Shown here: piece by piece, positions 56,301-64,000 of the stretch
Numbering within the stretch: position 1 is the first letter of the stretch
Layout: each line of letters starts with the position of its first letter
Source of the DNA: Catajapyx aquilonaris
Taxonomy: Eukaryota
Direction of reading: 5' to 3'
Assembly (NCBI GenBank): GCA_000934665.2
Contig: KZ537966.1
Coordinates: forward strand, 62,001-126,000
DNA: 64,000 nucleotides
The notes under the pieces: generated by a model
What the model was told of the DNA's origin: nothing
Database searches by the model: none
Seen by the model: only the letters and a program-made list of their open reading frames with translations
Program-made: the position numbers and the translations under genes

Positions 56301-59300
56301 TTGCGCAATACTTTTTTCCCCGTTCCGTTCCCTTGGCCTATACTGTGAAAGTTCCACGTGGGTAAAATTAAAATCCGGCTTCGTAACCTCTAACGATAAA
56401 CGGCCGAAATGTGAATGGTTTATTTTAGCGTCTCCTGTCAATCATCTCTGTTATAGTGAACGAAGTTTTTTTTAGCCCCCCTTAAGAAAGTGGTGGGGGG
56501 AGAATACTCCCCCCCCCCCCCAAGTACAGCAATCAATACAGCCTTCTTTCAAAGCAACCGAAGAGTACCGGCCAATTTTGTTCCTTGCGGCGACGTCACT
56601 GATTTTTCCCCCTCTAATTCAACGCTAAAAGTTAATATGGAGCAATTCTAACATCAAAAGTTGTTTCGACGAATTGGCAAAAAAATCTGGTTGGACCAAT
56701 TTTTGGCAAATAGCTCGAACTGTGCCGCCTCCTATAGTCATTCTGCACATCTTTTCACAAAGCTGACCCACACTCGGACGCAGATTTCATTTGGCTAACT
56801 ACTGTTTGTGAGCCCCAAATGATCCATTTCATCAGGGCAATATGTAAACAATGAGCATATATGGAAAGTGATCGCAGCGGAAAGCACAGGCCCTGTTTTC
56901 AATTACAACATAATATTCAAATATATATCCCACCCCCCACAATAGCAATATCGCATGATTAGTCCTATCTGCTATCTGGGTGTTTCTGCAAGTTTCGACC
57001 ACCCCCAACGCCCAGTGGTAATATCCAAGGCAGTGTGAGGGTGGGGGAGGAGAGGCTTTTGAATTCCATTCCTCCCCTTCATTCAAAACCAATTAAAATT
57101 AATACGGGTGGAAATGAGAAAGTTGGGAGCCGGCAGGACCATCATAACGGTACTGGCGAATGGCAACAGCACGACGTGGTGGTCCAGTTACCGTGGCTTT
57201 AATGGGGCGAGCCCGAATCCTACAGATCGGCGGGATTTCCTGCCTTTCCCCCTCCCCTGGGGGGCCAAAACTGCTCCCAAATTCAAGGCTTGACCACTCG
57301 TTAATGAAATCATTCCCCCTCTCCACCATCATTCCCAATAGCAAGGGAGAGAAACCAGGGCGTTATTAAGACCGTCCCATTACACCCCGCATGAATATAA
57401 AATTTCCCTATCCCTCCCAGGCTCTTTGAAAAGTCGTAAAATGCGGCCCATCGGGGAATTAAACCTTCCGCGTAAACTTCAAGAGACTCAAATTGCACTT
57501 TTTATTAAGCGGACCGATCGTGAGTTTTAATTGTACGGCACTCTACCAGCGGAGGGAAAAAGGATTTGTTACATGCATTATGTAAGAGAATGTTCGGCCT
57601 CCCTTTGCCCTAGTTCAGCTTCACTGAACACTGACACTCGTTTTAATCAAGCCCGCCGAATGCCTAAGCTCACATCTCAGCAACGGACAATAGCAGGTTT
57701 CCGAATTACCACGCAATTAGTTCAAGAAGTACTGTACACTCTGGCCCAAAACTGCCTCGCATAAAGCCACGCTCTGTCGTTTCAGGAAGTGTAAAATGCT
57801 GCAGAGCCACATTATTTCCCCCCCTTGGCTCGGCTTTTTATGAAACTACAAGCATCATACATTAAAATGCAAAATGCAAAATAATCTGCCACACACTTGG
57901 TTAGTTTACGGTATAGCGTACGTTTTATCAGCAATAGTGTCACATGGCACAATGGAAAAGCTGTTCTCTCTATCACCTTGGCGACAATCAAGCCCATCAC
58001 CGTGAACATATGCAAGAAAAGCAATATCACTAAAACCAATTTGCGATAAAAATGCAAATGGATCTCATTCTGACTATTGCGTGATCAATAGCAAATCCAG
58101 ATGAAGATGTTGATCCCTGCTATGGAACTTGTAATATATTATTTACAATGGATCATAAAAATCAATTTACTAGCGATCAAGCAGCCCGATATTAGTCGTA
58201 ATATACAATGAAATGTTATGACAGTTTGTGAAATATGACGCTGGTACTGTACAGCACATATGTAACATTGCTTGAGAACTCAAATCCTACAGACTGCGTT
58301 TTTAGCAGATCTGATTAGCACAGATTGTAGAGCTTGTTTTAATGACTCAATACCGGTAATTGGTGGACAATGTGCATTTTGAACGCGAGAGCCTAAACTC
58401 TGGCTCATCTCGTTTCTTGCAGTTGCACCTTCATGCAGTATTGCGAGAGAGACTAAGCAAAGTGCATTTATACAGTAGAAATGCTTCTTCGCATGCAGTT
58501 TATTGACTCTGCAACCGAAGTTGTGGCCATACCCCAACTGTGTTACCTTGGCTCACGCCCGGAATAAGCAGAATTAAAGTAGACAAATCTTGGGGTGAAT
58601 ACCGCTCCTACTCCGCAAGCCTCGCATGTATCGAATTCCTCCCGCTCAGAAGTCACAGGCCGCAAGGTTCCAAGAATCCACATCTCTAGGCGAAACTTGA
58701 GCCTGCATTCCAAAATCTAATCTCCCTGGCCGACTCCCCCCCCCCCCGCCCCCAACCCCAGAGAGCAACAAAACGCCCGTAAATTATCCCCCTGTATCCA
58801 TGCTCGACGAAGGCAGTACCAACCAGTCCACAATTAAAGCAAACCTCAAATATATACGTGGATATGGCATGGCTGCCCAGACTGCGCTTTTACTGTGCTT
58901 ACACCAGAAATTTACAAGCCCACGAGATTTCGAAGGGGGGGTTTTCAAGTCCCTTCGAGGTTCGGAGGTACCCCTATCATGGTGGACCCCCCTCTTTGGG
59001 GAAGGGGTGAGCAGAAGGGTGTAAACCAGGTTTTAGTACAAGTCCCGAGCCGATCTGCATCCGACCACAGAGCCCCAGTTTTATGCGGCTTGCTGCTAAC
59101 AACAACCCCGTGTCTTGGCCTAACAGCTCGATTATTTCTCCCAAGGAAATGCGCACCCTCGATAACTACGCCCGGGAGGAAACAAACACTGGGAAATGAC
59201 GCAATTTTATATTTAAAGAAAAGCTGGCTGTAATGGACGGGCTGTGTGTCCCAAAAGTGATCCGGAATTATGTGCTGCGTCGGATCCACTACGAGGTGGA

Positions 59301-62300
59301 ATGATTTTTAAGGGTGCTGTGATGGGGGGTGATGGGAGGTAAAATTCGCCTTTGACTACATATGCGAATCCTCAATTTAGTTTTTTTTTTTTCATGTAAG
59401 GCATGATGAGACTCGATTTAGTACCGCACTAACTTTTCAGGCCAAGGTGAATGTAGTTTTGAGCACAACTAAAACTGATATTTTGGTATAGTGGTTTAGC
59501 ACACGTTACAATGCTGGAAAAATACTGGTCATACAAAAATAATCGCACTAGCCTATTTTGCAACAATATTCGTGATCACCATGTAAATAACTTTCACTTT
59601 ATCAGAGAGTAAAGAAAGAGTCACCTGAGCAACCTGCCAGATAAGTTTCATTACCTAGCCACTTACTAACATGTTGACATTATAATGTAGATAATAGCTC
59701 TGAAAAAATATTGATTTTTAGCGTATCACACGCAAGATTCTCAACCAGTCAATAATGAGTTTTGGAGTAACGCGTGTAAATTTTCCACTGACTACCAACA
59801 ATGTTTTTTTCGCATTGTGGCAATAGCAGTGCAAACAAAAAAAGAGGAAGGAAATACTAGGGAACAAAGTTCTTGCATAATCAAGGGAGAAATTCTCAAG
59901 CACATCTAGAGGGAATGATCGCTTCCAGGATAGTATATTTTTTTTCCTTGGACTGACGCTATTTTTAGTGGCAGCTGTTCCTAACAATGTCAGATGAAAA
60001 AGTATAGCACACAATATTGTCCCATCGAGTCCTGTATTACGGAAATCCGCATTTGAAATTATGAAATTGTTTCCGCTTTAAAATCGCCATAGGATACGCC
60101 AGGAACCTGAGATAATTTTTATGTTAATTTATATGACAATGGTGTAGATCATGGCTCGTTCATAGAGTTGCTAATTATTCACAAAACTGGGCTGAATGAA
60201 ATTATTGTCAAAAATCACGATTCTCCATTTTGTTGCCCTATTTAACGGGGCTTTATCATGTGTTATTGCAAAATCATTAAATTTATTATATGGATATCAT
60301 AACACTGACAGTGAGTTTCACTTTTTCATCTATTATTAGAAACAACTTTCACTAAAAATTGTGATTATCTAAACCAAAAGACCCTTGTGAGTGGGAGAGA
60401 ATCCTTTCAATCATTAAAACATTATCAGAGTTTCTCATTACATCGACCAAGTACAGATCCCTTGTATTTTATCCTTATACACAAATTATCTATACCACCG
60501 AACTCCTTTGTTCACCTTAATGCAATATCCACTGAGGTATCTCAAGAGCCGCTCCTTGAGATTTATTCATTACTTTAAAGTATACAGTACAGGTCATGAG
60601 AGGAACAGTTGTCTGCAAGTCATGAGAATGATTGGGCGTTTATCATACCATGCACAGTTCCAGAAACGAAGAAAGAAGCCAGCAACAGTGGCAAATAAAA
60701 TATCATCATCGACATCTTATCGCATTGGTATACCTGTACTCTGCATTACCATTATAACCTTAAATGAAACAATAAGAAACAGTATTTCCCCCCACATGTG
60801 TTATTATAGCCTGCAGCCACAAGAGGCGTTTCAACAGCTACAAATCATGCCGCTATTTGTGTAACTATTCTCCACAGCTGCGTCATGTAATATTAACTGC
60901 ATGTTCACACACAATAGGCATTTCTCAGCAGATAAAAAACTATATTCCATATGGCGGCCGGGTAGAATTACAAGCAGCACCTATTTTTACGCGTTGTAAG
61001 CACGCTTTGAGAAAGCGACCAGATAAAAATAGTGCAAAAAAATAATCGGTTTGTAACAAGGCTACTACACCTACTTGTATAGTACAAGGAGGCACGTAAG
61101 TATGAATTTAATGCCGGAAATCCTGCCTGCACTAGACAATAATGTGCCTCGTTTCCCCGCATCCAACCTCGATTATTCTCTTACATTATCGTGCACTTGG
61201 CTTCCTAAAGCCTGCCTCCTCCCTATCATCCTCCTCCAGGGGTAATTTAATCCGGGTAATATGAACTCCGCGGAGATACCTGTTTCTCCTTTGTTGACGG
61301 TTCACATGGTAGGTAAATCGTCTTGTTCCCGCTTTCTCCAAGCTACTTTATCGATTAAGGGGGAAAGACTTTTCATTTAAGGTACACACAACTTTCGAGC
61401 GTTTTAAACGCGCCGGGATGTATATCAAAAAAGATGGTACAGGAGACCAGGAAAAGTGCATCTAGATTTTAATTATTAACTCTTTTTGTGCACTTTAATC
61501 CGGAAAAAAAGCAGAGGAAGTGGCATCAACTATTAATGGCAAGGTGCTAAAAGATGAGCCAGGCGTCTATTGAAACGGAATTCCAGGTCAGAATAGAACC
61601 TCGCACAGTTTGCAAAAATAACAGTTCAAACAGCACCTATCAATATTGCGAGTGGCAGAATTGAAAGATTAGTTGGCAAACAATTAATTTAAAGGAAATA
61701 CTGAATACCTTGAATATATTTTTGGAAGACCATTGTGTATATGTGGCCTTATTGCGAACTCATATTCAGCATGTTTTGACTACCAGTCGGTGCGTTTTGC
61801 TTCCTTGGGCCTTCTTGTTGTCTCAAGGCTTATGCAAAACTCGAGTTGCAATATGCAAAATTCAGTTGCTTCGAGGAATTTTCAGTGTTTCGTCCCCGCC
61901 TGCATGCAAACGGCAGCAAGCCCTGGCTATGAGACGAGCAGCCAGTTTCGCCACGGGCTAGATGTCCCAACTACTCGTTTACATAAGCTCCTCACCGCGT
62001 TACAAAATGCGTATGACCCACTTCAAAGTGTCCTTATGTTTCGGAGAGCAAAAGCACAGGAAGTGGCCGTAGTCATCCATGTGTAGCAACACAATTTGGC
62101 AGACACGTGTGGGTCATAAACGCGGATTTTTTTATATATTTGGAAAATACTGGTACCATAGTGCCAGGCTATACAAAAGTTGGCGAGTTGCACGACTAAC
62201 AACACGGACACAAAGGCCACCTGCAAATTTCGGAACTGCAAGAAAAAAACTGCGTCAACACAAAGCGTTTCATCCCGTTACGGACAGCTGGACCAGATTA

Positions 62301-63771
62301 CAGTTAAAAATCCTATTTTCCTTTCGGATTTGCATGCAAGAATTATTTGCACAAGGATCAAGCCCGCGCGCGCTGATTGGACAAACCCATAATGAAATCC
62401 AACATTTGCCCAGAGCATTTTAAATTAATAACGCCATTTCCTGGGAACACGTCGCCCCAAAATTGATTGGTCACACAACAGGTACGATTGATAGTGTACC
62501 GGCGGCGCAAACGTGCCGGCAACTGCCATTTGGCTTATTTCTCCCCCAGCAATTAGGTCTCTCTCCTCGACAGGCCGTGGAACAGAAACGAGCTCGGTTT
62601 GCAGTCGAGAACTCTTTAGCTTTCAGTGAATGCTGGAAAGCGAGCCCAGGCTCAGAACCCGGCTGCGGGAGGGAATTAAACCATCATTTACTGTCACTGG
62701 AGGCGATTGCAGCTGCACATACGATCCGGGGGCCCTCTCCACGTCACTTACATTCGTCGGGCCCAGCAGGTGACAAATTAACCGACACATGCTCCTTTTT
62801 GGGATCCAAGGCGCTCCCTGGTACAGGCCCAGATCGCATTTACTTATCGCCTGGTTTTCCAAGCGGGCAACGGGGCTTTATTGTATCTCTCAGCCAGGGC
62901 CTGGAATGGGTCAGGAGGATCGATCTGGCTTGGCCTGGGCGCCCTCAGAGCAAAGGCAGGTGTCTCTGATGAACCTACCGATGGCCACGCTACAACTGAC
63001 CAAATGTAAGGTCATTTGCCCTGAATGTCCATGGTTACATGTGCAACATCCTGCGTCGAGGTACCCACTTAGCACTGTACTCATGTAAATCAACGTGCAA
63101 GGAATTACGCTAAACCGTGCATACTTAGCTGAGCCGTAATTAGATGGCGGCCACATATACACTGCAGGCTAATTAAAATACTGCTAGAAATGCTTTTAAA
63201 ACGCGTACCCCTGCTAATACTGTGAATCTTGCATTAGGCCAGCCCCCACACAAAAACAGACGGAAGACAACTAAAAGCACCTGCAATGTTAAATGTGGAG
63301 GTTTGGCAAATGAAAAGATTTTCAAGGATCCGCACGTTGTGCACAACAGAGCGCAAAAAAACCCAGGTCCAATCTGAATTCATGGCATCCAATTAAAGCG
63401 CGTGGCACAATAAATCCTTTCCGCCTCTTCGCACTGACAACCAATATGAGATTTCATTTCTGCGTAATTCCATTCCCTTAACGACGTCAGTTTCACAGCT
63501 CCAACCATGTGACTGACGTGAACGCAGTCAGTCGGAATTCTGCTGTAACTTCCGTTTTGCACAGCTTAATAATGCGCAGTGATTTCTAATTAAAATCAAC
63601 AGTCTGACTGAATTTGGGGGGAGTTTGAAAAATAAAAACTGACATTTTCCAGAGATTCGGAACTGTCTGGGGACTTCACATCATTGATTAACCCCCTATG
63701 GGATGTCAGTTATTATTTCCCGTTATTGTCATATGCTGATGCCAGTAATGGCCGCATCTATTCGTGTGGTC

Positions 63772-63843
63772 AATCCTTCATCCTGACCTGTTATGCAACC
63801 GCACTCTTGTATCATATGCGGCCCAACCTGCAGGCGCAAGAAG
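63772..63843 (+). repeat. Dispersed repeat, copy 2 (partner at 37052-37124)
   Basis: Same-orientation match to copy 1: a 39/40 block and a 12/12 block at identical spacing. Confidence 0.9.
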
Positions 63844-64000
63844 GACAAGCGCAACTTTTCGGCGAATCATTATGTGCCATGTGGCACTGTAGTTGCGTGG
63901 TCGTGTTAGTAGCGCTTAATTTTGTGTAACAGACCCGTTGGTTGAGAGCCGGGTGTCAATAACAACAAAGCAACTAAAAATAACAAACCACACCTAAAAA

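Noticed and set aside
58267..58278. ATTGCTTGAGAA partial match to miR-137
   Set aside because: Only 12 nt match, the 3' part diverges, and no hairpin partner was seen.
1..64000. CRISPR array, operon, defence island, tRNA/rRNA or intact transposon
   Set aside because: No regularly spaced repeats, no dense long ORFs, no cloverleaf or rRNA motifs and no transposase/RT ORF were seen on either strand.

Overview
Gene-poor eukaryotic DNA, probably invertebrate and possibly arthropod, since CpG is not visibly depleted and (GA)n, poly-A/T and poly-G/C runs are common. It is not prokaryotic: I see no operons, CRISPR array, rRNA, tRNA or intact transposase, and nearly all ORFs in the supplied track look spurious. 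The best reading is the intron-rich 5' region of one large minus-strand spliced gene. Three candidate exons each end in a GTGAGT donor in phase 1: an acidic/basic N-terminal exon (47234-47439), a 39-nt frame-preserving exon (38605-38643) and a poly-alanine N-terminal exon (25024-25123) with a uORF-rich GC leader. The shared body exons, and so the gene identity, are not recognisable here and probably lie left of the window. Other signals are a ~72-bp two-copy dispersed repeat, about 3-fold excess of TACWGTA (the Tc1/mariner excision-footprint sequence), a 13-bp inverted repeat and TATA/antisense-exon module beside the 39-nt exon, microsatellites, and Ns confined to G/C homopolymers. I found no convincing evidence of a novel multi-gene system. 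The gene model is sequence-based inference and needs RNA-seq.
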